DNA of 64,000 bases from a virus (taxonomy: Duplodnaviria > Caudoviricetes), in IMG/VR virus record IMGVR_UViG_3300037067_001739, positions 32,001 through 96,000 of that record; one strand, 5' to 3'. Each line of letters begins with the position of its first letter. Within the stretch, counting starts at the first letter, position 1. Position numbers and translations under genes: made by a program. This document shows positions 1 to 7,179 of this stretch, piece after piece. Below the pieces are notes generated by a model, which had not been told where the DNA came from, did not search any database, and saw nothing but the letters and a program-made list of their open reading frames with translations.

Positions 1-62
1 GGACAGTTTGCTAAACTGTTGGGCGTAATGTCCCGCAAGTTCGAATCTTGTCTGCTCCGCCA
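1..62 (+). tRNA. tRNA-Ser(GCT), 5' truncated by window edge
   Basis: ACAGT-TTGCTAA-ACTGT anticodon arm, long variable arm, GTTCGAATC T loop, ends GCCA. Confidence 0.9.
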
Positions 63-72
63 AATAAAGGGC

Positions 73-101
73 TTGACATTAAGTTTGGCTCGTGTTATAA
101 T
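73..101 (+). promoter_or_regulatory. sigma70-type promoter (element-specific family)
   Basis: TTGACA-17 bp-TATAAT with TG extended -10 and GGC in the spacer. Confidence 0.85.
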
Positions 102-110
102 GAAGATAAT

Positions 111-184
111 GGATGTGTAACTCGATTTGGCAGAGTAGCGGGCTTTTAACCCGAAAGGTGTGGGTTCGACTCCCATCACATCCA
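111..184 (+). tRNA. tRNA-Lys(TTT), no encoded CCA
   Basis: GGATGTG/CACATCC acceptor, loop CTTTTAA, GTTCGACTC. Confidence 0.95.
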
Positions 185-185
185 C

Positions 186-290
186 GTGGGGGATAGTTCA
201 ACTGGTAGAACAATAGGTTAAAGTTGAATGCGACTTTCCCTTGCTCCGTTTAGAGTGAAGATATAGGTTCAATTCCTATTCCCTCACCCA
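186..290 (+). ncRNA. tRNA-like RNA with expanded, non-canonical anticodon region
   Basis: TGGGGGA/TCCCTCA acceptor with G-1, C73 and CCA; normal D and T arms; about 50 nt between the D and T arms. Confidence 0.65.
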
Positions 291-291
291 T

Positions 292-369
292 GCTTGCGTA
301 ACTCAATTAGGCTAGAGTAAACGGCTCTTAACCGTGAGGTTGTGGGTTCGAGTCCCTCCGCAAGCACCA
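292..369 (+). tRNA. tRNA-Lys(CTT)
   Basis: cloverleaf, loop CTCTTAA, CCA end. Confidence 0.95.
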
Positions 370-394
370 CGCACCCCTTTTGTGCGTTTTGATT

Positions 395-599
395 TGTTAG
401 TCTGCTGAGATATGCAGTAATCAGGTCTAGGAGAACTTACTCAGTAGTTATGTTGTAAGGGCAACACAACGACACGATACGGTATGGGTAAGACTAGCCA
501 GATGAGTATGGTAAGCTGGTTGGGTAAGACGTAAAACGAGGCGTTACTAACGGCACGCCTATCCTAGCACCAGTGGGACACCCAAGTCCCATACTGACA
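395..599 (+). ncRNA. unclassified structured RNA candidate
   Basis: nested helices CTAGGA/TCCTAG, CTTACTCAGT/GTTGGGTAAG, AGGCGT/ACGCCT, TGGGAC/GTCCCA between two tRNAs. Confidence 0.5.
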
Positions 600-603
600 A
601 CAT

Positions 604-678
604 GGGGTTATCGTCTAAGGGTCAGGACGGCACTCCCTCGAAGTGCGAATATCGGTTCGAATCCGTTTAACCCTACCA
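604..678 (+). tRNA. tRNA-Glu(CTC)
   Basis: GCACT-CCCTCGA-AGTGC (C33), CCA end. Confidence 0.9.
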
Positions 679-680
679 AA

Positions 681-866
681 ATGGATAATGATAAACTTAT
701 AGAAGAAGTGTGCAAGGTTGAAAATCCTTATGAGTATTCTCAAGGAATGTGGTATGAACCACTACAAGGTTATTTGATGACTCATGAGACAGCAGAAGAG
801 AATTCGGCACATATTGCTTTTGAAGAGTGTCGAGATTTGATTTTGCTTTTGTTAGCGGGAGCGTAG
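681..866 (+). CDS. hypothetical protein (61 aa)
   Basis: ATG 2 nt after tRNA-Glu CCA; stop TAG lies inside tRNA-Ile. Confidence 0.6.
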   Translation: MDNDKLIEEVCKVENPYEYSQGMWYEPLQGYLMTHETAEENSAHIAFEECRDLILLLLAGA

Positions 867-952
867 CACAATTGGCAGTGCAACCGTCTTATAAGCGGTA
901 TTAGGGGCTGATTTCCCCAAGGTTATAGGTTCGAGTCCTATCGCTCCTACCA
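857..952 (+). tRNA. tRNA-Ile(TAT) with long variable arm
   Basis: ACCGT-CTTATAA-GCGGT, extra arm GGGG..CCCC, CCA end. Confidence 0.88.
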
Positions 953-953
953 G

Positions 954-1208
954 ATGAAAGTGACACTTGATTTTCCTGTAATGCACGACAGATGTAACAC
1001 TTGTGAGCACAGATTTGCGTGCTGGACAAGGAAAGTACATGTGGAATTGGATTTAACATATGGAGATGGAAGTTATCATACAATGATACAACCCTTCATC
1101 TTCGGTTTGGATTGCTTTAGACTAGAACCTTGGTCAAGGGTCAGAAATATAAAGCTTGACATCCTTCCAGACGGTACTTCGATGGTGTTAGATTTGTTTG
1201 CAGTATAA
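954..1208 (+). CDS. Cys-motif protein, unknown function
   Basis: CNTCEHRFACWT. Confidence 0.75.
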   Translation: MKVTLDFPVMHDRCNTCEHRFACWTRKVHVELDLTYGDGSYHTMIQPFIFGLDCFRLEPWSRVRNIKLDILPDGTSMVLDLFAV

Positions 1209-1286
1209 CTCCCTATAGCTCAATTGGACAAGAGCGTGTGGCTACGAACCACAAGGTTGCGGGTTCAAGTCCTGCTAGGGAGACCA
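1209..1286 (+). tRNA. tRNA-Arg(ACG)
   Basis: TGTGG-CTACGAA-CCACA, CCA end. Confidence 0.95.
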
Positions 1287-1738
1287 TGAGTGCTAAATCA
1301 AAAGCTAATGGTCATGATATAGTTTACAATGGCAAGGATTGGGTTTACTTGGATAACGGTGAAGTTGTTGACGTAAGACCGTGTGCTCGTTGTGGTGCTA
1401 AACCAGTAGCAGTTAAGGTCAAAATACCAGCCGATTTATCACACACTGGAAAAGAGTTTTGGAAGTACGCTCAAATAGACGCTTGTATTGCTCCCATCGT
1501 TAAAGCGTTACAAGATGCTGGTATAGATATGAGAGGTTCTTGTTGTGGACATGGTAGGGGAGTTGGTGATATAGAACTTCAAGATGGTCGTGCTGTTGTT
1601 ATCCTCAATCCAGAGCAAGCACATACTTTTTATGTTAAGAATGCCCTCGTAGCTGAATTGGAACAGCCGCTCGCTTCTAACGAGAAGAATGAGAGTTCGA
1701 GTCTCTCCGAGGGTGCCAGGGTGGAACTTCGTAGCTGA
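1286..1738 (+). CDS. hypothetical Cys-rich protein; reads through tRNA-Arg(TCT)
   Basis: ATG overlaps the A of the tRNA CCA; CARC and IDACIAPIVKAL..GSCCGHG motifs. Confidence 0.7.
   Translation: MSAKSKANGHDIVYNGKDWVYLDNGEVVDVRPCARCGAKPVAVKVKIPADLSHTGKEFWKYAQIDACIAPIVKALQDAGIDMRGSCCGHGRGVGDIELQDGRAVVILNPEQAHTFYVKNALVAELEQPLASNEKNESSSLSEGARVELRS
1643..1718 (+). tRNA. tRNA-Arg(TCT)
   Basis: loop CTTCTAA, GTTCGAGTC, GCCA end. Confidence 0.9.
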
Positions 1739-1836
1739 CCCGCAACGTGTTGTACGCACGTTTGTTTACGGCACGTGAACATAGTGAAAAAAGTATTAAC
1801 GAATGTGTTAATACGAGGTCAGAGCGTTAAGTACCC
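1719..1836 (+). ncRNA. unclassified multi-hairpin RNA candidate
   Basis: CTGACC/GGTCAG closing three hairpins (AACGTG/CACGTT, TGTTTACG/CGTGAACA, GTATTAAC/GTTAATAC). Confidence 0.45.
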
Positions 1837-1841
1837 TTTAT

Positions 1842-1921
1842 CTCGCTGTAGTCGGGGGAATTTCCTAAATTCTCATCCGTAAGTGGAACTGTAAATGCGA
1901 GTTCAAGCCTCGCCAGCGAGT
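1842..1921 (+). ncRNA. D-armless tRNA-like RNA, apparent anticodon CCT
   Basis: CTCGCTG/CAGCGAG acceptor, GGGAAT-TTCCTAA-ATTCTC arm, T arm GCGAG-TTCAAGC-CTCGC. Confidence 0.55.
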
Positions 1922-2032
1922 CGGGGGATGGGTACAGCCGATGAAAAGGTAAAAAACGGCAATTGATGAATGTCATGCAATACGGGTACGCCTCCACCAT
2001 CGGACTAAGTATGAAATTGGAATAGATTTTTT

Positions 2033-2109
2033 GCGGGTGTAGCCGAATTGGCATAGGCAACAGGTTTAGACCCTGAAATCTGGAAGTTCGAGTCTTCCCA
2101 CCCGCACCA
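2033..2109 (+). tRNA. tRNA-Leu(TAG), short variable loop
   Basis: loop TTTAGAC, A73, CCA end. Confidence 0.9.
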
Positions 2110-2115
2110 TATGAT

Positions 2116-2517
2116 ATGTTTCTGTACATTGCAGTTGATGACAGGACGATAAAAAGCACTTGGAATTGGGACTTTGAGGGTTGCAATTCTTGTCCGCATA
2201 GATTTGAGTGCTACACAGAAGACAGTGCTACTATAAAGCCTGTCAAAGTAGATGAGTGGGAAGCAGATAGCTACCTATATTCTCGCAATTATAAGGCTGA
2301 GTTTCATCTACCAAAATGTATACGAGCAGGGCTATTTAAGCAGATAGCGGATACTGGATATTGGAAAAGCAGTTATCCAACGGATTTCGGTGACGGCTTC
2401 AAGTTAGGTGGAGTGTTTAGTGATGAAGGTGAGCACGTTACAGTTGAGCGTGCGTGGGTAAAGTTTCCTAGCACTCTTTATGTCACTGGCTTAAAGAGAA
2501 AGGTGCGTTGGTGTTAA
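2116..2517 (+). CDS. Cys-motif protein, unknown function
   Basis: CNSCPHRFECYT; stop inside tRNA-Asp. Confidence 0.75.
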   Translation: MFLYIAVDDRTIKSTWNWDFEGCNSCPHRFECYTEDSATIKPVKVDEWEADSYLYSRNYKAEFHLPKCIRAGLFKQIADTGYWKSSYPTDFGDGFKLGGVFSDEGEHVTVERAWVKFPSTLYVTGLKRKVRWC

Positions 2518-2577
2518 TGGTGAGCATACTACCCTGTCAAGGTTGAGGGAGGGGTTCGTGTCCCCTACGCACCGCCA
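2502..2577 (+). tRNA. tRNA-Asp(GTC)
   Basis: loop CTGTCAA, GCCA end. Confidence 0.92.
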
Positions 2578-2870
2578 TGAAAAAGATAATAGCGTATACT
2601 GATGACGACAAACCCTTTGGTGATAGTCCAGAGGATTATCTAGACTATGAGCTACGTGTCATAGACAGAAGGGTAAGGATTGAAAACAAAGAGCGCAAAG
2701 ATAAAGCAACTACTACTATAGAAGGTGCTGTACAAGCGGCTCAGAGATACATGTTTTCGAGTCCTAAAGAATTCCCTATGACTGATACTCTGTTTATGGC
2801 GGAATGCAAACGAAGAAAGGTCGGTGATTGTAGTATCTGTAAACTCAGATTTAGGTGTTGGACAGAATGA
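2577..2870 (+). CDS. Cys-motif protein, unknown function
   Basis: C-terminal CSICKLRFRCWT; ATG overlaps tRNA CCA. Confidence 0.75.
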   Translation: MKKIIAYTDDDKPFGDSPEDYLDYELRVIDRRVRIENKERKDKATTTIEGAVQAAQRYMFSSPKEFPMTDTLFMAECKRRKVGDCSICKLRFRCWTE

Positions 2871-2953
2871 TTATTGATGTTCTTGTAGTGTCGTTATTTT
2901 TATTAATGCTTGGTGGTTCTGTTTGGTGTGCAACAAAATGGGATGTGCATTAA

Positions 2954-3026
2954 GGCATCGTGGTCGAGTGGCTAAGGCGAGCGTCTGCAAAACGCTTTTA
3001 CGTGGGTTCAATTCCCACCGATGCCT
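2954..3026 (+). tRNA. tRNA-Cys(GCA), no encoded CCA
   Basis: AGCGT-CTGCAAA-ACGCT, U73. Confidence 0.95.
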
Positions 3027-3027
3027 C

Positions 3028-3429
3028 ATGAATACAAAAGATATAGGTGATATTACTCAAGCTAAACTAGAACTAAAATTGTTGCTACAAGGTTACGTAG
3101 TATTGACCCCACGTGGTGATAATCTTAGATACGACTTTGTTATTGAGCGTAATGGTAACTTTGATAGAGTTCAGTGTAAGACTGGACGTTACAGAAAAGG
3201 ATGTGTGGTATTTGATACTCGTTCTTCTAGTTGGCACAGAGACGGTAAGAAAGAACCGTATAATAAATATCAGATAGATTTCTTTGGAGTATATTGTCCT
3301 CAGTTGGATAGTTATTACTTGATACCTGTTGAGGATATTGGTGATAAATACCAGTGTAACTTGCGGGTTGATGAACCGAGGAAGAAAAATAATCGTTATA
3401 TTTGGGCAAAAAATTATATTCTGGTGTAG
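3028..3429 (+). CDS. PD-(D/E)XK endonuclease, I-Ssp6803I / group I intron-associated type, free-standing
   Basis: GDITQ..PRGDNLRYDFVIE..RVQCKTG..IDFFGVY pattern. Confidence 0.8.
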   Translation: MNTKDIGDITQAKLELKLLLQGYVVLTPRGDNLRYDFVIERNGNFDRVQCKTGRYRKGCVVFDTRSSSWHRDGKKEPYNKYQIDFFGVYCPQLDSYYLIPVEDIGDKYQCNLRVDEPRKKNNRYIWAKNYILV

Positions 3430-3495
3430 TTCAATCGGTAGAGCAGGCGGCTGTTAACCGTCAAGTTGATGGTTCGAGACCATCCACCAGAGCCA
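3420..3495 (+). tRNA. tRNA-Asn(GTT)
   Basis: loop CTGTTAA, GCCA end. Confidence 0.95.
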
Positions 3496-3665
3496 TGCAG
3501 AGAATAAAGATTCCTGAGTCTAGCTACTTTGTCTATTGTAATGACAAGTGCGAGACGTGCGAGGTCAGATTCAGGTGTTTCACCAGTCGTGAAATGCTTG
3601 TTGTTGATTTACCTACAGCAAAAAGGATAGTCGAGTCTGAATATATGGATTGGTTAATTAGGTAG
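3495..3665 (+). CDS. Cys-motif protein (56 aa)
   Basis: CNDKCETCEVRFRCFT; ATG overlaps tRNA CCA. Confidence 0.72.
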   Translation: MQRIKIPESSYFVYCNDKCETCEVRFRCFTSREMLVVDLPTAKRIVESEYMDWLIR

Positions 3666-3668
3666 TAT

Positions 3669-3743
3669 GGCGGTATCTGCTAATGGTCAGGCAAGCAGGC
3701 TTTCAACCTGGAAACGGGGGTTCAATTCCCCCTACCGCTACCA
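3669..3743 (+). tRNA. tRNA-Glu(TTC)
   Basis: loop CTTTCAA, CCA end. Confidence 0.92.
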
Positions 3744-3744
3744 T

Positions 3745-3862
3745 GCTGTCGTTAATTGGGCAAAGCTAAAGATATTGACGTTACGCTCTTTGCATATGAG
3801 GCTGTACACTGATTATGTAAAGCTGAATATCTTGGTAATTGGGTTCGACTCCCAACGGCGGA
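3745..3862 (+). ncRNA. tRNA-like RNA with a long helix and insert replacing the anticodon arm
   Basis: T arm TTGGG-TTCGACT-CCCAA, CTGTCG/CGGCGG acceptor, AAGATATT/AATATCTT helix around about 50 nt. Confidence 0.55.
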
Positions 3863-3864
3863 AC

Positions 3865-3938
3865 AGCGGTGGAGAATCGGTATTCAAGATGCTCTCATAA
3901 GGCATCCTTCGAGGGTTCGACTCCCTTCCCCGCAACCA
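3865..3938 (+). tRNA. tRNA-Met(CAT), initiator-like
   Basis: loop CTCATAA, 1:72 mismatch, CCCGCAACCA end; lacks the three G-C anticodon-stem pairs. Confidence 0.8.
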
Positions 3939-3939
3939 T

Positions 3940-4013
3940 TTCCCTGTAGTGTAGTGGTAGCACGCAACGCTCTGAACGTTGTAATTCTGGTTCGAGTCCA
4001 GACAGGGGAGCCA
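3940..4013 (+). tRNA. tRNA-Gln(CTG)
   Basis: CAACG-CTCTGAA-CGTTG, GCCA end. Confidence 0.93.
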
Positions 4014-4015
4014 AG

Positions 4016-4333
4016 ATGATACCAAGAAGGATAATGCTAAAAGGCAAAACTGGACACAACGAATATATGTGTTCGGGGTCTTCTTGTGATACTTGTAAAC
4101 TCAGATTTGAATGCTTTACTGAGGATAGAGAACATATACTTTGGTTAGAGTGGGATGAGCTTCACGCAAAGTATAGAGGAATCAGTCCTTCAAGAGTATT
4201 GAGAGACATAATCGGTAGTAAAGTTTGGGTTGAGGGTAGCAGAAGGTTCAGAGAAAATATGGAAAAGGCAAGGAGCTTGCTTCCATCTGAACAGCGTGAT
4301 ATTAGAGTTCAACATTTATTAAGGGAGCTATAG
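4016..4333 (+). CDS. Cys-motif protein, unknown function
   Basis: CSGSSCDTCKLRFECFT; stop inside tRNA-Leu(AAG). Confidence 0.75.
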   Translation: MIPRRIMLKGKTGHNEYMCSGSSCDTCKLRFECFTEDREHILWLEWDELHAKYRGISPSRVLRDIIGSKVWVEGSRRFRENMEKARSLLPSEQRDIRVQHLLREL

Positions 4334-4397
4334 CCCAACTGGCAGAGGTAACTGGCTAAGAACCAGTACAGTAAGAGTTCGAATCTCTTTAGCTCCA
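4324..4397 (+). tRNA. tRNA-Leu(AAG), short variable loop, no CCA
   Basis: ACTGG-CTAAGAA-CCAGT. Confidence 0.9.
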
Positions 4398-4399
4398 CA

Positions 4400-4821
4400 A
4401 GCAAGCAGGACGAGTGAACGCTCTACGGAGAGGAAAGTCCGAACACCTTTGAGCAAGATGCAGGGTAACACCCTGGCAGAGTAATCTGACGATTAGAGCA
4501 ACAGAGACGAGTTGAGATGGACGAAAAAGAGTTAGAAGAAGAACTTCGTAAGCGTAGTGCGTTTTATGAATTGGGATACCAAATTGAACAGTTCAAAAAC
4601 ACACTTCGTAGCGAGTTTGAAAAACTCTTTAAGTTTATACTCAAGTGAAACGGGCAATCTCCATCTGGTGCAACACCAAACAGAAGGCGATGCTAGGTCG
4701 TAATGGACTAAGCGGGATGCGCTCAACGTAGTCTTCGGGTAGGTGGCAAGGAACTTAGCAGTAATGTTAAGTCAAGTCAAATGTTCACATAGACAGAATT
4801 CGGCTTACAGTCCAGCTTGCT
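4400..4821 (+). ncRNA. rnpB: RNase P RNA (bacterial type, lacking P13/P14, enlarged P12)
   Basis: GAGGAAAGTCCG and ACAGAATTCGGCTTA P4 signatures, P1 AGCAAGC/GCTTGCT, GCAACAGAGA, GTGAAACGG, P18 with GTAA loop. Confidence 0.95.
4517..4648 (+). CDS. putative 43-aa ORF embedded in RNase P RNA P12
   Basis: ATG..TGA, MDEKELEEELRKRSAFYELGYQIEQFKNTLRSEFEKLFKFILK, spans the P12 insert. Confidence 0.5.
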   Translation: MDEKELEEELRKRSAFYELGYQIEQFKNTLRSEFEKLFKFILK

Positions 4822-4825
4822 ACAT

Positions 4826-4900
4826 GGTGGTGTTGGTCTATAGGTATGACGGTTGGTTGTGACCCAGCCAAAATGGGTTCGATTCCCATACACCACCCCA
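4826..4900 (+). tRNA. tRNA-His(GTG)
   Basis: G-1, C73, loop TTGTGAC, CCA. Confidence 0.93.
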
Positions 4901-4902
4901 TA

Positions 4903-5346
4903 ATGATAAAAGAATTTCAGAGTGAGAATAGGTTTCTCTCCAATTTTTGGTTCTGCAATGGTGTAACTCTTGATGGTAAGAATTACCCATCTGTAGAGCA
5001 CGCATACCAAGCGGCAAAGACACTTGACGATAAGCAGAGAGAGGCAATTCGAACTGCGAAAACACCAGGAGAAGCCAAGAAGCTTGGCAAATCAGTAACG
5101 ATACGACCTGATTGGGAAGACGTAAAGATTGATGTAATGTACGGTTTGCTTAAACAGAAATTTAGCGAGAGCAACCCATTGTTACTGAAAAAGCTGAAGG
5201 ACACTGGCAATCAGGTGTTGCAAGAGGGTAATTATTGGTATGATACCTTTTGGGGAGTTGACCTAAGAACTGGTAAGGGACAAAATAACTTGGGTAAATT
5301 GCTCATGAAAGTAAGGGATTCATATGAGAATAATGCTCAAAAGTAA
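4903..5346 (+). CDS. NADAR (YbiA-like) family protein
   Basis: FLSNFW, SVEHAYQAAK, WEDVKIDVM, DTFWG, GQNNLGKLLMKVR. Confidence 0.92.
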   Translation: MIKEFQSENRFLSNFWFCNGVTLDGKNYPSVEHAYQAAKTLDDKQREAIRTAKTPGEAKKLGKSVTIRPDWEDVKIDVMYGLLKQKFSESNPLLLKKLKDTGNQVLQEGNYWYDTFWGVDLRTGKGQNNLGKLLMKVRDSYENNAQK

Positions 5347-5647
5347 AATTCACCATATCAAAGTTACTAACGTAGCACCGAATTACGAAGGTAGCATAGC
5401 TATTGACGGTGGGCTTCTTTCCAGAGCCGATATTCTTGAGTACGAACAGGTTCATGTTCTTGACCTGACTAATGGCAACCGCTTCATAACCTACGCTATT
5501 GAAGGTGATAAAGATGAGTGTAGCGTTAATGGTGCGGCGGCTCGATTGGTGAATGTTGGTGATGTTCTAATAATTATGGCATTCTCTATACTAAATGATG
5601 GGGCATCATACGAATTGAAACCCCGCATTGTGGTGTGCGATGGATAA
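5324..5647 (+). CDS. panD: aspartate 1-decarboxylase
   Basis: MLKSKIH..YEGSIAID..NGNRFITYAI..NGAAAR. Confidence 0.93.
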   Translation: MRIMLKSKIHHIKVTNVAPNYEGSIAIDGGLLSRADILEYEQVHVLDLTNGNRFITYAIEGDKDECSVNGAAARLVNVGDVLIIMAFSILNDGASYELKPRIVVCDG

Positions 5648-5819
5648 CCAACTACAGTCTCACCTGTTAAAAGCTTCTATTCAGATGGAAGTAGAAGAAC
5701 TTCTAGAGGGAAAATCAGAGGAATTTAAGGAAGCTTTCTACTTGGGGTTACAATACGGTGTAGAGATACAGAAGGCTTTTCTTGATTTATACTTCGGTAA
5801 AAGCGGGCGAAATTCATAA
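5640..5819 (+). CDS. hypothetical protein
   Basis: overlaps the panD stop; stop inside tRNA-Gly. Confidence 0.55.
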   Translation: MDNQLQSHLLKASIQMEVEELLEGKSEEFKEAFYLGLQYGVEIQKAFLDLYFGKSGRNS

Positions 5820-5878
5820 GGTTGAATGCTGGCTTGCCAAGTCAGACGTAGCGAGTTCAAATCTCGCCGCTCGCTCCA
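5803..5878 (+). tRNA. tRNA-Gly(GCC)
   Basis: CTGGC-TTGCCAA-GTCAG, TCCA end. Confidence 0.92.
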
Positions 5879-5897
5879 AATGGCAATTTACTTAGGC

Positions 5898-5926
5898 TTG
5901 ACTTTGTAAGTGGCATTGTGTATAAT
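5898..5926 (+). promoter_or_regulatory. sigma70-type promoter
   Basis: GGC-TTGACT-17 bp-TATAAT. Confidence 0.75.
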
Positions 5927-6299
5927 AAGGGTGACAGTGGATATAATTGTTGACCAGAATGATGTAGTTTATCGGTACAGGTGCAACGAACAATGTGACG
6001 CTTGTTCAATTAGATACATATGTTATACGAACAAGAATGTAAATGGTGTGGTGCATCTGAGAGGGCAATCCTATTCTGACCTGTTAATGCTTCGTACCAG
6101 ATTGGATTCTCTGATAACTTCACAAGAAGTGTTGTGCTCCTTGTGTTACAGACATGAGCATAAGATAGTGGCACGACCATTAGGTGAGAAGTGTCCAGAG
6201 TGTGGTCACTATATCACTTGTGAAAAGTGTGAAGCTAGTAATTGCAGTTTTCGTGGTGATGGATATAACACAAGCGGAGATTGCATAATGGAAAAGTAA
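5910..6299 (+). CDS. Cys-motif / zinc-finger protein (true start probably downstream of the promoter)
   Basis: CNEQCDACSIRYICYT plus CPEC and CEKC. Confidence 0.7.
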   Translation: MALCIIRVTVDIIVDQNDVVYRYRCNEQCDACSIRYICYTNKNVNGVVHLRGQSYSDLLMLRTRLDSLITSQEVLCSLCYRHEHKIVARPLGEKCPECGHYITCEKCEASNCSFRGDGYNTSGDCIMEK

Positions 6300-6301
6300 T
6301 T

Positions 6302-6378
6302 GCTGGTATAGCCCAATAGGCAGAGGTATCAAGCTCAAACCTTGATTAGTGCTAGTTCGAATCTAGCTACCAGCACCA
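6302..6378 (+). tRNA. tRNA-Leu(CAA), short variable loop
   Basis: TCAAG-CTCAAAC-CTTGA, CCA. Confidence 0.9.
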
Positions 6379-6400
6379 ATGAGATATATTACGGTATAAT

Positions 6401-6478
6401 GGGAGTGTAGCTTAACGGTATTAGAGCCTCCGTCTCCAAAACGGCAAGATGAGAGTTCGAATCTTTCCACTCCTGCCA
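6401..6478 (+). tRNA. tRNA-Trp(CCA)
   Basis: loop CTCCAAA, GCCA end. Confidence 0.93.
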
Positions 6479-6514
6479 AATCTCCAGTCTTCAAATATAA
6501 TTAGAGGGGATGTT

Positions 6515-6835
6515 ATGCGTGGTGCTAGACTTTGGCGAGCTATTAGAAAAGCGGAACGTGTTTTTAAGAAGTATGAAGGTTTTAATCCACGAAATGAAAA
6601 ACAAAGTGGATTTTATCGTAGCAATAGATGGACAAAGGACGAGATAAATAGAATCGTAGGAATCTACCGCAAAACAAAAGTTCCATGTTCTTGTTTTATG
6701 TGCGGTAATCCTAGAAGACATTGGGGATATTTACCAATAAGAGAGGTACGACAGCACTTGAACGCCGATTCGCAGTATGATGAAATCGGTTGGAATCATA
6801 GAAAACATAGATGGTTAAGAGGATGGTTAGAATAG
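6515..6835 (+). CDS. basic hypothetical protein
   Basis: SD GAGGGG upstream; CSCFMCGNPRR motif. Confidence 0.65.
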   Translation: MRGARLWRAIRKAERVFKKYEGFNPRNEKQSGFYRSNRWTKDEINRIVGIYRKTKVPCSCFMCGNPRRHWGYLPIREVRQHLNADSQYDEIGWNHRKHRWLRGWLE

Positions 6836-7179
6836 CAGAGGTTGATTTGAGTAAAGAGTATGCTCATAAGTATTATCTAGAACATAAAGAAAAGATAATA
6901 GCAAATGCACGTAAGAATGAAAGAATTTATGAGACAAGAGTGCGTGGGTTTATACGAGATTATTTATCAGCACATCCTTGTGTAGATTGCGGCGAGGCAG
7001 ACATAGTTGTCCTTGATTTTGACCACATTGATGGCACTAAAGAAATGTCTGTTTCTCAGATGATTAGATGGGGGTTTTCATTAGACAGGATAAAAGCTGA
7101 GATTGCTAAATGTGAGGTTCGTTGCTCTAACTGTCATAGAAAACGGCACGCAATTGAACGAGGTTTTTGGCGAGTATGA
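6811..7179 (+). CDS. HNH-type endonuclease
   Basis: CVDCGE..LDFDH..CEVRCSNCHRKRH. Confidence 0.8.
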   Translation: MVKRMVRIAEVDLSKEYAHKYYLEHKEKIIANARKNERIYETRVRGFIRDYLSAHPCVDCGEADIVVLDFDHIDGTKEMSVSQMIRWGFSLDRIKAEIAKCEVRCSNCHRKRHAIERGFWRV

